A stretch of 64,000 bases of DNA from Octopus sinensis (GCF_006345805.1 NC_043007.1:36580001-36644000); one strand, 5' to 3'. Counted from the stretch's first letter, positions 1-12,783 are shown. Notes: a model not told the origin generated them from the letters alone. Made by a program: numbers and translations.

Positions 1-98
1 GAAGCAAACATTGGAAACCAATGCAGTCCTTGGACTTATCAGATCCAGTCAAATCATCCAGCCACTGCTAGCATGGGACATGAACATTAAATGATGAT
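1..98 (+). mobile_element. 3' tip of RTE-LINE-derived repeat with (GAT)n tail
   Basis: ccagtcaaatcatccagccactgctagcatgggacatgaacattaaatgatgatgat matches the end of the LINE at 26750-26815. Confidence 0.6.
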
Positions 99-99
99 G

Positions 100-174
100 A
101 TATATACACATATATATATATATATTCATATATACATACATTCATACATACATATATATACACACATACACACG

Positions 175-208
<34 letters not shown>

Positions 209-720
209 TACATACACACAAGCATATATAATATACATACATGCACACACATATATATATATACATACATACACATATACATGAACATATATACATACAT
301 AAATACATATATATGAACATATATACATACATAAATACATATATATGAACATATATACCATTATTTACATAAATACATATATACTACACATATATAACTA
401 TACATAAATACATATTATACATACTAAATACATATATAGAACATATATACCTACATAACTAATATATATGAACATATTATACATACATAATATATATATA
501 TGAAAATATATACATACATAAATAAACTATATCTGACATACTAATAATAATACATATATGAAAACAACTATGGTACATACATAAATACATATATATGAAC
601 ATATATACATACATAAATACATATATATGAACATATATACATACATAAATACATATATATATGAAAATATATATATATACATGTGTATATATATTATATA
701 TATATATATCACACACACAG

Positions 721-751
<31 letters not shown>

Positions 752-772
752 AATAATACAAATACATATATA
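100..772. repeat. (TA)/(CA) microsatellite containing a ~32-bp minisatellite
   Basis: Unit atacatatatatgaacatatatacatacataa recurs at about 270-360 and 570-670. Confidence 0.85.
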
Positions 773-795
773 TGACAGTTTTCTATACAGTTTCT

Positions 796-1019
796 TATTT
801 CTTTATTGCCCACAAGGGGCTAAAAATAGAGGGGACAAACAAACGGATTAAGTCAATTACATCGACCCCAGTGCGTAACTGGTACTTAATTTTATCAACC
901 CTGAGAGGATGAGAGGCAAAATCGACATCGGTGGAATTTGAACTCAGAACATAGCCACAGATGAAATACCACTAAGCATTTCACCTGGCGTGCTAACGTT
1001 TCTGCCAGCTTGCCGCCTT
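796..1019 (-). mobile_element. SINE-B (tRNA-derived), full length
   Basis: Reverse strand reads aaggcggcaagctggcagaaacgttagc ... gttctgagttcaaattcc (B-box) ... gggcaataaagaaataag; same family recurs about 10 times in the window. Confidence 0.85.
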
Positions 1020-1198
1020 ATATATACAGGCTTCTATACAGTTTCTATCAACAAAATTTCACTTGCAAAGCATTGGTCAGTTAAAAGCTGTAGCAGAAGG
1101 CACTCACCCAAGGCTCCTTGGTTCCATACAGAAGAAAGGAACCAAAAATCCTGTGGTCGCAAAGCAAACTTCTCGGCCACACAGCTAAGTCATGCTTG
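1020..1198 (-). mobile_element. Old SINE-A 5' half
   Basis: Diverged match to the SINE-A head (agaaggcactcacccaagg, ggccacacagctaagtcatgc). Confidence 0.55.
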
Positions 1199-1454
1199 AA
1201 TATTAATTACAACACACAATTAATTTAACTCGTTAGACATACAGTCACTAAATTGTGATTTTCATTGCCAAATCATTATAAATTTATGAATATACACGTA
1301 CTTATAAATATGTGTATCGCCAACATTATAATTATAAATAAATATATACATCAACACACTTATACACACCTATTGTATCGTTAACTATAATAATTGGATG
1401 AATGTATCTACATACACATGTATACATAATTAGATGCATTTAGAGCTTGTAAAC

Positions 1455-1487
<33 letters not shown>

Positions 1488-1943
1488 ACACACTTATACA
1501 CACATGTATCACCAGCATTATAATTATAAATAGATTCACATATAAATACACTTTTACATACATGAATATTTAATTATATAAATAGATACGCATACACAAA
1601 CTCACACATACATACATGCATGCATGCATACATACATACATGAGTATATCACCATTATTATAACAATTACTTTAAAATCAGTGTTTCCAAGCTAGCATAG
1701 ATTGGCAGAACACACACACATACGCACATATGTATATTTATACACACACTCATACATACACATGCATATACACATGGTCTTGTAGCATGTGATATCTGAG
1801 ATGAATATTCGCCATAGTAGTGAAGTCAATATACAATGTCCTAACCAATATCCAATATCTATCCCGCGATTCCTTTGAATTGATTAACACCACCGCTGCC
1901 AACAACTACAAATTCACAGACCAAGAACATCTTGTACAAGTGT

Positions 1944-1976
<33 letters not shown>

Positions 1977-2029
1977 GACTGGGTGGGGAGGAAAGTGCAT
2001 ATGTGACAAAGAAAGTGTGTGTAAAAGAG

Positions 2030-3590
2030 GAAAAGAAAATGTGTAAGAAAGGATGTTTGCATGTGTAAGTCTAAGAGAGATGAGAGAAAGGGAGAGAGAT
2101 AGGAGGAAAGTGAAAAAGAGAGATGGGAAAAGTAAGAGATTTGTGAGGAAATGAAAGAGTGATATGAGAAAGTATAAAAGACAGGAGGGGAAAATTTTAG
2201 ATGGGAGTAAACAGATGGGGAAAATGTAAGAGACAGACAGACAGATAGACAGAAAAAGAGGCAGGCAGGCAGAAATGAGAGAAAATGTAAGAGAGATGGG
2301 AGAGCTGTGAGAAATTAGAACAAGTATGATAGATGTGAAGAAGTGCGAAAGAGATGAGAGAAAATGTAAGAGAGAGATGATAGGTGTAAGAGAAATGAGA
2401 AAGTGTAAGGGAGATGAGAGAAAGCGTAGGAGAGACAAGAGAAAGTGTAAGGGGAATGAGAGAGAATTTGAGAGACATGAGAGTATATGTAGGAAGAATG
2501 AAGAAAGTGTAAAGGAGATGAAAGTATAGGAGTGATGGGAGAAAGTGTAGGAGAGATGAGAGAAAGTGTAAGAGAGATGAGAGAAAGTGTAGGAGAGATG
2601 AGAGAAAGTGTAGGAGAGATGAGAAAAAGTGAAGGAGAAATGAGAGAAAGTGTAAAAGGGATCAGAGAATGTGTAAGAGAGATGAGAAAATTATAAGGAT
2701 GATGAAAGTGTAGGAGAGATGAGAGAAAGTGTACGAGAGATGAGAGAAAGTGTACGAGAGATGAGAGAAAGTGTAGGAGAGATGAGAGAAAGTGTAGGAG
2801 AGATGAGAGAAAGTGTAGAAGAGATGAGAGAAAGTGTAAAAGGGATCAGAGAATGTGTAAGAGAGATGAGAAAATATAAGGTTGATGAAAATGTAGGAGA
2901 AATGAGAGAAAGTGTACGAGAGATGAGAGAAAGTGTAGGAGAGATGAGAGAAAGTGTTGGAGAGATGAGAGAAAGTGTAAAAGGGATGAGAGAAAGTGTA
3001 AAAGGGATGAGAGAATGTGTAAGAGAGATAAGAAAATTATGGATGATGAAAATGTAGGAGAAATGAGAGAAAGTGTACGAGAGATGAGAGAAAGTGTTGG
3101 AGAGATGACAGAAAGTGTAAAAGGGATGAGAGAAAGTGTAAAAGGGATGAGAGAATGTGTAAGAGAGATACGAAAATTATAAGGATGATGAAAGTGTAGG
3201 AGAGATGAGAGAAAGTGTACAAGAGATGAGAGAAAGTGTAGGAGAGATGAGAAAAAGTGTAGGAGAAATGAGAGAAAGTATAAAAGGGATCAGAGAATGT
3301 GTAAGAGAGATGAGAAAATTATAAGGATGATGAAAGTGTAGGAGAGATGAGAGAAAGTGTAGGAGAGATGAGAGAAAGAGTAAGAGAGATGAGAGAAAGT
3401 GTAGGAGAGATGAGAGAAAGTGTAGGAGAGATGAGAGTAAGTGTAAAAGGGATGGGAGAAAGATGAGAGAAAGCATAAGTTTAAAAAGAAGTGTAGGAAA
3501 GATAAGAGAACAAGTAAGAGATGGAAGGAAGTGTAAAAGAGATAGGAGAAGGTTAGAGTGAGAGAGAGAGAAGGAAGAAAGTGCAAGAGA
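2030..3590 (+). repeat. Purine-rich 21-bp satellite (gagagatgagagaaagtgtag)n with higher-order units
   Basis: Homogeneous core at about 2530-3450 with degenerate GA-rich flanks. Confidence 0.9.
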
Positions 3591-3798
3591 GACAAACACA
3601 GATACACAAACACACATACATATATATATACATATATATACGACAGGCTTCTTTCAGTTTCCGTATACCAAATCCACTCACAAGGCTTTGGTCAGCCCGA
3701 AGCTATAGTAGAAGACACTTGCCCAAGGTGCCACGCAATGGGACTGAACCAGGAACCATGTGGTTGGTAAGCAAGCTACTTACCATGCAGCCACTCCT
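3591..3798 (-). mobile_element. SINE-A 5' half
   Basis: Reverse strand reads ggagtggctgcatggtaagtagcttgc ... ggttcagtccc ... tggcaccttgggcaag (CORE-like segment). Confidence 0.85.
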
Positions 3799-3877
3799 AT
3801 ATTTATATAATTTATATATATATAAATATATAATACAGAACCCCAAACACATACACACATACATATATATCTACATG

Positions 3878-4039
3878 TATACAACGGGCTTCTTTCAGTT
3901 TCTGCTACCAAATCCACTCACAAGGCTTTGGTCGGCCTGAGGCTGTAGTAGAAGACTCTTGACCAAGGTGCCACGCACTGAACCCGGAACCATGTGATTG
4001 GTAAGCAAGCTACTTACCACACAGCCACTCCTGCACCTA
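3878..4039 (-). mobile_element. SINE-A 5' half
   Basis: Same head as 3591-3798. Confidence 0.85.
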
Positions 4040-4040
4040 T

Positions 4041-4076
<36 letters not shown>

Positions 4077-4142
4077 GTAAATGGTGAATGGTTATTGAAG
4101 CAGTTAAAAAGGTTTTGATGGCAGAGGTTGAACATACGAACA

Positions 4143-4215
<73 letters not shown>

Positions 4216-4622
4216 CTTTTTGTGAATGTTTGTACAATAAGCAAAGTTTATATTTGTCTTTTTGTATATTCTCTTCTGGTATGAAATAAAGAGTAAAACA
4301 AGTAACAAGTGAAAGAAGAAAAAAAAAGGTTTTTACAGAAGTGAATCTTCAGAGAACAAATGAGACAATTTTGCTGTAAGTCATCTTACTAATTAACCAA
4401 CCAAGCAAACAACGGCTTGAAGAACCAAGCAGAAATGTCTCCTCACTTGACATTTACTCATCAAACTATCATGTTCTTCCTATTGTTTCTAACGTCATCC
4501 TTGTTACTTTGCTCTTTATTTCATACCAGAAGACAATATCCAAAAAGACAAATATAAACTTGGCTTATTATACAAACATTCACAAAAAGTCGTGCATGTG
4601 TGTGTGTGTGTGTGTGTATGTA

Positions 4623-4790
4623 TAGGTGCAGGAGTGGCTGTGTGGTAAGTAGCTTGCTTACCAACCACATGGTTCCGGGTTCAGTCTCACTGCGTGGCAC
4701 CTTGGGCAAGTGTCTTCTACTATAGCCTCGGGCCGACCAAAACCTTGTGAGTGGATTTGGTAGACGGAAACTAAAAGAAGCCCGTCGTGT
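4623..4790 (+). mobile_element. SINE-A 5' half
   Basis: ggtgcaggagtggctgtgtggtaagtagc ... aagaagcccgtcg. Confidence 0.85.
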
Positions 4791-5057
4791 GTGAGTGTGT
4801 GTGTGAGTTATATATGTATGTATGTATGTATATTTATATGTTCAACCTTTGTCGTCAAAACCTTTTTAACTGCTTCAATAACCATTCACCATTTACATAT
4901 GTGTGTGTGTGTATATATGTATGTATATATGTATTTATACACACACACACACATACATACACAAGCATGCTAAGAAACCTAAAAATACATGCTCAAATAC
5001 CAATCAGTGGTCACCAGACATGCTAAAAATAGCAGCCAAATCCCACACTTTTTTTAA

Positions 5058-5279
5058 CCCTTTCGTTACTGTATTTATTTTGAGATGCTCTGTGTTTCTT
5101 TCAATCACTTTAAATATAACAAAGTGATTTAGTAAAATAACTTGGTTATCATTAAGATAGTGTTAGGAACATAAATTGTGACTAAGATTTGGTGGAAGAT
5201 TTTAATTCAAAACTTAGGAAAACAAGACATTTGTACTACAGAGCCAGAGCCAGTTTCAGCCGGGTTGGTAACGAAAGGT
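5058..5279. mobile_element. piggyBac-like MITE (family 1)
   Basis: Ends ccctttcgttac / gtaacgaaaggt flanked by TTAA on both sides; second copy at 32800-33019. Confidence 0.8.
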
Positions 5280-5714
5280 TTAAAGAAAATGGACACTGGA
5301 TAATATTGTTGTGGATGCTCACTGCCCGAAAAAGAAAAAAAAAGTCTTGGCTGAAACATCTTTGACCATTGGTCAATGCCTGAGGCTAAACAACAACAAC
5401 ACTAATAAATCCAAACACAAAGATGAAATTAATAAAGAGATGATATCCAATAAAGATTACCAATAATTCTTGGACCAGAGCTGTTTATAGTAGTCATAGT
5501 AGTTGGTACTGAATGAGTAAACATCTATGATCAAAGCTATTCCAACCATGACCTTACAATCTTATTTCATAGACATTGTATCTAGGACTACCTTATCCAA
5601 TGTGGCTTTACTTTTTTTTTCTTTTAACTCTGGCATTTATTCCAACCGTATCCAGACCAAATATTCTTCTTGTTTTATGTTAAAATATAATCAACAGAGT
5701 GCCAGTTAAAAATA

Positions 5715-5748
<34 letters not shown>

Positions 5749-5751
<3 letters not shown>

Positions 5752-6103
5752 TCTTTTACTTGTTCAGTCATTTGATTGTGGCCATGCCAGAGCACCACTT
5801 TTAGTCGAGCAAATCAACCCCAGGACTTATGCTTTGTAAGCCTAGTACTTATTTTATCGGTCTCTTTTGCCGAACCGCTAAGTTACAGGGACGTAACACA
5901 CCAGCATTGGTTGTCAAGCGATGTTAGTGGGGGAGGGGACAAACACAGACACACAAACATATACACATACATATATATATATATACGATGGGCTTCTTTC
6001 AGTTTCCATCTACCATATCCACTCACAAGGCTTTGGTCAGCCGGAGGCTATAGTAGAAGACACTTGCCCAAGGTGCCACACAGTGGGACTGAACCCGGAA
6101 CCA
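5749..6103 (-). mobile_element. SINE-A, near full length (head truncated)
   Basis: Tail ttttacttgttcagtcatttga..., internal microsatellite, CORE-like segment. Confidence 0.85.
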
Positions 6104-6109
6104 TATATA

Positions 6110-6372
6110 TATATATATAATTATTATTTGAGGGAATATAAATCCAAACTTACAGGGAAAAAAATTCAACATAGAAATACTAAATCAAATTTCACAATAT
6201 AATATATATGTATAAAACATTAGAAAAAACCCAGCTTTTATCAATTCAAAATGAACAATTAAATTACACCATCTAGAAAATTACATATAATAGAAGTATT
6301 AAAATTAAAAAAACAATAAAATATCAATGATTAAGTAAATTTCTATTATATGTAATTTTCTAGATGGTGTAA
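6110..6372. repeat. AT-rich fragment with a perfect 32-bp inverted repeat (possibly Penelope-like)
   Basis: 6264-6295 is the exact reverse complement of 6341-6372. Confidence 0.7.
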
Positions 6373-6386
6373 GATATATATATATC

Positions 6387-6435
<49 letters not shown>

Positions 6436-6453
6436 TGTGTGTATGTGCATGCA

Positions 6454-6498
<45 letters not shown>

Positions 6499-7194
6499 CG
6501 CACACACACTGATCTTTCCACCCAGAAGATGGAGGTCGATCTTATAGTAATGTTTATATGCATCCCCTACTGATTGCATATCTTTGACTTTTTGCATGGT
6601 CCAACTTCCAAAAAAACAGCTGTTGGACTTAAAATACCCTGTCTCTCCCCTTTGTTTTCTGTATTTTTTGTACCCCACGTAAATTTGTTCTGTAATTATA
6701 TAGATATCTATATGCTTATATGCAATTGTTCATCTTATGAAAAATTTTCTGTTTTTGTATCTATATATATCCTTATATATTTTCATGTGTATATGTGTGT
6801 ATATTTTGTATATCAAGTCCACATGTGTTTATCTGCATTATTATATATATATACACATGAATGTGTGTATGTGTATGTATGTATGTGTAAGATCTCTACA
6901 AAAATGGCATAAGACACTAAAACACAGAGATTCCTAACAGGGGTTCCTTTCCCTTATTTTACACCACACTCATAGATATACATTATATATACATATATAT
7001 AATTTATGCTTAAAAATCAGACCATATGCAATACACATACATACATACATCTTTGTGTGTATATATACGTGTGTGTATCCAGCTATTTTGTTTGTGAACT
7101 TGTGTATGTATAAATATATATGTATGCACATGTATATATGGATATATGTATGCATGTATATATATGTGTGTGTATGTGTATATATATATATGTA

Positions 7195-7237
<43 letters not shown>

Positions 7238-7802
7238 ATATATATATATATATATAATGTGTACATATGTATATATGTGTGTGTGTGTGTATATATAACA
7301 TACATAACTATAACGGTTTCTGCAGACTTGGTACTTTAACGAGAAACCTGCTGGCTTTGTTTTACAGCCAACTGTTTACAATTGATTCTTTATTACACAA
7401 AACCCAGAGTGGCGACAGTCTGAAGCAGCTTGCTAATGACTCTCAAATCACACGCAAACATGCACACACACGCACACACACATACACACACACATGTGCA
7501 CAATGCAGAAATGCACACATGCAGACATACACACTCACATACAAACACACAGAAACACACGCGCTCATATATGTGCCTTTGATCTACCTTTCTCTTATGT
7601 GTGCGTATGTTTGTATGTGCGTCTTTGTGAGTGCTTGCACATATGAATAATAACAGTATGTACATTTTTATATGTGGTCTCCACCTACTCTCATGTCCCA
7701 GACTAGAAGCTTACAGATTGAATGCAGGATTGCAGTATGTGGTGGCCTGCTCTCACATTTTATGAACTCTGATGGGTTACAACATTTAGGCTAATATTCA
7801 GG

Positions 7803-8133
7803 AATTTGTAGCTGTGATACCAGTTCCAGTGGCACGTAAGAGAACCATCCAAACATGGCCGTAGCCAGTGCCGCCCTGACTGGCCTCCGTGCCAGTGGCA
7901 CGTAAAAGCACCATCCAATCGTGGCCGTTTGCCAGCCTCGTCTGGCATGTAAAAAGCACCCACTACACTCGCGGAGTGGTTGGCGTTAGGAAGGGCATCA
8001 AGCAGTAGAAACACTGCCGGATCAGACTGGAGCCTGGTGCAGCCTTCTGGCTTCCCAGACCCCAGTTGAACCATCCAACCCATGCTAGCATGGAAAGCAG
8101 ACGTTAAATAGTGATGATGATGATGATGATGAT
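7803..8133 (+). mobile_element. RTE-LINE 3'-end copy with three gtggcacgtaaaaagcac units and (GAT)n tail
   Basis: gagtggttggcgttaggaagggcatc ... catgctagcatggaaagcagacgttaaa followed by (gat)n. Confidence 0.85.
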
Positions 8134-8881
8134 TGTCCTTTCTTTATCATTAAAAATGACCAGCTAGCAGTCACTTCTTACTACCTCCACAGCCACCACC
8201 TCATTTTGCAGATCTTTCCCTTTCAGCCTTTAGATATTATACACAAGCAACCTAGACGTTGCACCTTACACCAGACACACACTACTTTTCTAGGGAGACC
8301 TTGAATGAATTATCTCCGTTAGGGACATAATGAGCGCTGTTATTAATCTTCAACACAAACACTTGAACACGACACATCAAAAACACAGTTTTGTATTTAA
8401 CACTCTCTCATTCATGAAAAAGACATTATTAAAGTCTAGGAAGGCACTACTAATGTTATATCAAATAATGTCAGATGATGTCCTAGAGGCCTGCATGCAT
8501 GCACACACACACACACAAAGTCATCTGGAGCAAAGTATGGCTGACCTTGGGATATCGGGTAGAGAATGCAAATCCTTATTTCATACACTTCAAATCATCA
8601 CAATATCTGGGACTATGAAAATCTTCAAGACCATTTTGAGACTTAAAGGATGAAGAACAAAACAAGATGTTTTTCTTCAAAACCTTGCAACCAAGCAAGT
8701 GACCAGTCAAACTTTATTCTAAATTACAGAGAAAGAAAATTCATGCATGTTTGGAGAGAGGAGAGTTCCATATATGGTTAAGTATTGTTCATCCACAAAG
8801 AACCATGCCCAAGCCTGAGCAAACCTGCAGGCACATGATCAACCCAGGCAGATGGAGACTCCTAACTGTAACTTACATTTG

Positions 8882-9090
8882 CTATTTCTTTATCGCCCGC
8901 AAGGGGCTAAACATAGAGGGGACAAACAAGGACAAACAAAGGTATTAAGTCGATTATATCAATCCCAGTGCATAACTGGTACTTAATTTATCGACCCCGA
9001 AAGGATGAAAGGCAAAGTCGACCTCAGCGGAATTTGAACTCACAACGTAACGGTAGATGAAATACCGCTAAGCATTTCGCCCAGCGTGCT
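8882..9090 (-). mobile_element. SINE-B
   Basis: Matches 796-1019. Confidence 0.85.
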
Positions 9091-9799
9091 TGATCATTAT
9101 GCTGACCCCTTTACAAAATTCAATTTAAGAGCCTACACTGGAACACTGTTTACAAATATGTGACAGTTATACTTTCTTCCTAAAAAATGCCCACACTGTG
9201 GTCGCAAAAATATTGGGGAGGTAGAGATGTAAATATTCCTGTTTTGGTCCTTTCAACGCAACTGATTCTTAGAAAGGAGTCAAGAGAAGGCAAAATAGCT
9301 CCTGTACTTCAATAGTGCATTTATTTATCATCCCAGAAAGAAAGAAAGAAAAACCAAACTGACCTCATTAGGATTAGAATTCAGCACACAGATAGCAGGA
9401 ACAAATGCTACAAAATATTTTATCCAATATTCTCACGATTCTACCAATTTGCTAGAATCCCAGCATTTAACAGCTACTTTATATATTTTCTACTTGAATG
9501 GGAGAAAAGCAAAGTTGACCTTGGTAAGATTTGAACCCGGAGAACAAAGAGCCACGAAAAATAATGAAAGGCATTCTATCCAATGCTCTAATGACTCTGC
9601 TACAACCAAAAGGAGGCCAATGAATTGATTTATCACCCGACTATTCTCTTAAGTACTGCAGAGGGAGAGATGTGCCAATAAGTGTGGGGCTGGGATGAAA
9701 GAGATTGGGGCGAAGTGTCTGAGAGGATTATGTGTGTGTTCGTGGTTGGGGGGGGGGAGGCACACTGGGGTTGTTTCTCTAACTTTAACACCCATGCCA

Positions 9800-10189
9800 A
9801 CCCCCTTTGCTTGCGAAGACATGTTGGGGAAATCGAAATCGAATTGAACCAACCAGGATCCCTGGTCTGGTGGTACGTAAAAAGCACTATCCGACTCGTG
9901 GCCGATGCCAGCACCGCCTCGACTGGCTTCCGTGCCGGTGGCACATAAAATACACCAATCCGACCGTGGCCATTGCCAGCCTCGCCTGGCACCTGTGCAG
10001 GTGGCACGTAAAAAGCATCCACTACACTCACGGAGTGGTTGGCGTTAGGAAGGGCATCCAGCTGTAGAAACATTGCCAGATAAGACTAGAGCCTGGTGCA
10101 GCCTTCTGGCTTCCCAGATCCCCGGTCGAACCGTTCAACCCATGCTAGCATGGAGAACGGACGTTAAACGATGATGATGATGATGATGA
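9800..10189 (+). mobile_element. RTE-LINE 3'-end copy
   Basis: Three repeat units, conserved tail and (GAT)n. Confidence 0.85.
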
Positions 10190-10199
10190 TATATATATA

Positions 10200-10420
10200 T
10201 TATATAAAATCCGTTCTGTCTGTCTCTGTGTGTGTCTTTTAGGATCTCGGGCATCCTCCATCCGATTGTGCTCAAATTTGTTATGTAGATACCGACGGTA
10301 TCAGGGCGTGTATAAGTCTTGAAAAAATTACAAAAATCGATTCCAGGTGAGAATGCAATCGATAAAGCCGTGGAAACGTGCATTTGTAAAATCGTTTTTT
10401 TTGGAATAGAAAAAAAAGTC
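10200..10420 (+). mobile_element. Helitron-like non-autonomous 5' fragment
   Basis: tatataaaatccgttctgtctgtctctgtg ... gatctcgggc ... ccgattgtgctcaaattt resembles 5' ends of small Helitrons; no 3' CTAG end found. Confidence 0.4.
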
Positions 10421-10576
10421 TATCTTTATTTCGTCTTTTGTTGGTGTCTCAAATTTAGGTTAAATCAGTGTTTCTCAAAGGGGAGGCCTATGGGACGATG
10501 GGACAAGTTGAGAAAATTTGATTTAAATTCTTGACAATTCACCATGTCCATTGGACAGTGGGGGGGGGGCGTCTTG

Positions 10577-10628
<52 letters not shown>

Positions 10629-10892
10629 TACTTCATACTGTGGCACCTTGTTCCTTCTGCCAGCCAGCACAGTGAGCATTATGCAACAGAATATGCAAAT
10701 CTTTGGCCAGGCTCAAGAGTCATACAACACCCTGACATTGCACCAGCAATGACTCGTTCTTTTGAGCTGATTCTTTTGAGCAATGGTTTTGCTCACCTAC
10801 AAGAAAACAGCTGCAATATGTGTGTGGGGTGTGTGTGTGTGTGTACATATATATATGTGTGTGTCTGTGTGTGAGTATATATATATATATAT

Positions 10893-11043
10893 GGAGTGGT
10901 TGGCGTGAGGAAGGGCATCCAGCCATAGAAACATTGCTAGATCAGACTGGGCCTGGTACAGTCTTCTGGCTTCCCAGACCCCAATTGCACCGTCCAACTC
11001 ATGCCAGCATGGAAAGCGGACGCTAAACGATGATGATGATGAT
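10893..11043 (+). mobile_element. RTE-LINE 3'-end copy (short)
   Basis: Conserved tail and (GAT)n. Confidence 0.8.
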
Positions 11044-12299
11044 GTATGTATTTTTAAGTATACACGTGTGTATGTGTACACACACATACAAAATGCCATG
11101 CAGTGGGATCACTGGTTCTTCCCTCCATATCTATAAACTACTACTACCACCACCACCACCACCAAGCTATCTAAACAAGTACATAGACAAGCCCACTTGA
11201 CACAATTATTCCTCTCCACCTCCTTTCACTATGTCTCTCTATTTTACTGTCCACACCCACATTCTGCACTAAACACTCACAGCACAATTCTTTCTTTTTA
11301 GAAATGCAAACCATTGGAATTTCTCCCCCCACCACCTCACCTAGCTACTCCATGCTCCATCTCTTTCCGTCTTACACACTGACCTACAGATGTTCAAACA
11401 GAGTATCACCTGCATCAGCAATCTGCAAGAATCTGCAAAGGTCATGCGCAATGCAAGCATGTATGTATATATATACATATATATATATATATATGTTTTA
11501 TACACACACACACACATGCACACACACACACACACACACGAGTGCACACAAACACATTTTCATTCATTTGTTTTATGCTCATTTTTTTTCCACACTAGGA
11601 TTAGACAAAAACATATTGATACAATTACAAAACCAGTTATTCTTCCTGTCACTCACCCTTACCTGTTTTCAAGTAATGAATATGTGTGTGTGTATGTGTG
11701 TGTGTTCATTTAATTCGTTAAAGGGACAAAACCTATAATTCCCTATTTCCCTTAACATTTTCATTTTATTTTTTATGCGTGATTTTTCTTCTCATTTTTT
11801 TGTTTTCTCACATTTTGCCATGGAGTAGTCATGCCATATAAGCATGAAAGATTTCTGTGTAAGACATTTATACGCTATACAAGCCCGTCCAATTACTGCA
11901 TAATTCAAGCATCAAACGTGAAGTAGCTCATGATTAACTCATATATTAATTATATTATGTATGTGTGTGTGCATGAGCACATATATATATATATATATAC
12001 AAAATAAGAAAATGGAGGAATAGATTCATTTCAATCAACAACTTACAGATAATACCAATTCATATAATTTATTGACTAATTAAATAGGAACACCCAAATC
12101 CAACAGAATAAGACAGAATAAAACAATATACATCAATAAATAAGATAATACCATAAAAATAGTACATATAAAATGGATCTTACAGCTGTTTCAGCCTGTA
12201 GATAAGGGTATCTCATTATGCCTATATATACTCAATGCCCTTCCTAATGCCAACCACTTACAGAGTGTAGGGTGCTTGTATGTGGAATTGTATGAGTGC

Positions 12300-12745
12300 T
12301 TATCGAAATCAAATTCAATGACTGGCATCCATGCTAGTGGAGCGCGAAGCAACAAGCTCGTCTCCGTGCCGATGACACGTTAAAAACACCATTCGAGCAT
12401 GATCGTTACCTGCGTCGCCTTACTAGCACTTGTGCTGGTCGCACGTGAAAAAACACATTCGAGAGTGGTTGTTGCCAGTGCCGCTGGACTGGCTCCTGTG
12501 CAGGTGGCACATAAAAAGCACCATTTGAGCGTGGCCGTTGCCAGTACTGCCTGACTGGCCCTTGTGCCGGTGGCACGTAAAAGCACCCACTACACTCTCG
12601 GAGTGGTTGGCGTTAGGAAGGGCATCCAGCTGTAGAAACTCTGCCAGATTGGAGTCTGGTGCAGCCATCTGGTTTGCCAGACCTCAGTCAAATCATCAAA
12701 CCCATGTTAGCATGGAAAGTGGACGTTAAACGATGATGATGATGA
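12300..12745 (+). mobile_element. RTE-LINE 3'-end copy with four or more repeat units
   Basis: Units near 12375, 12440, 12503 and 12569, then the conserved tail. Confidence 0.85.
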
Positions 12746-12783
12746 TATAGATATATAAATATATCTTTTAAAAGCACTCATAC

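Noticed and set aside
68-767. Y/I/C/V/H/T-rich ORFs here and at 6970-7339, 19825-20701, 21318-21808, 35908-36502 and 36731-37652
   Set aside because: They are translations of TA/CA micro- and minisatellites, which lack stop codons in some frames.
2197-3617. (MRESVGE)n and Leu/Ser-rich ORFs
   Set aside because: The 21-bp unit is a multiple of 3, so open frames are expected; stops interrupt them and there are no splice signals.
4339-4375. 37-nt micro-exon candidate (EVNLQRTNETIL, then gtaagt), phase-compatible with the 61644 exon
   Set aside because: The acceptor has only five T after a purine run; too weak without RNA data.
12180-12200. gaaacagctgtaag (minus strand), 3' half of a hammerhead
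   Set aside because: The CUGANGA half is missing, so only a PLE remnant at best; the same applies to 62325-62370.
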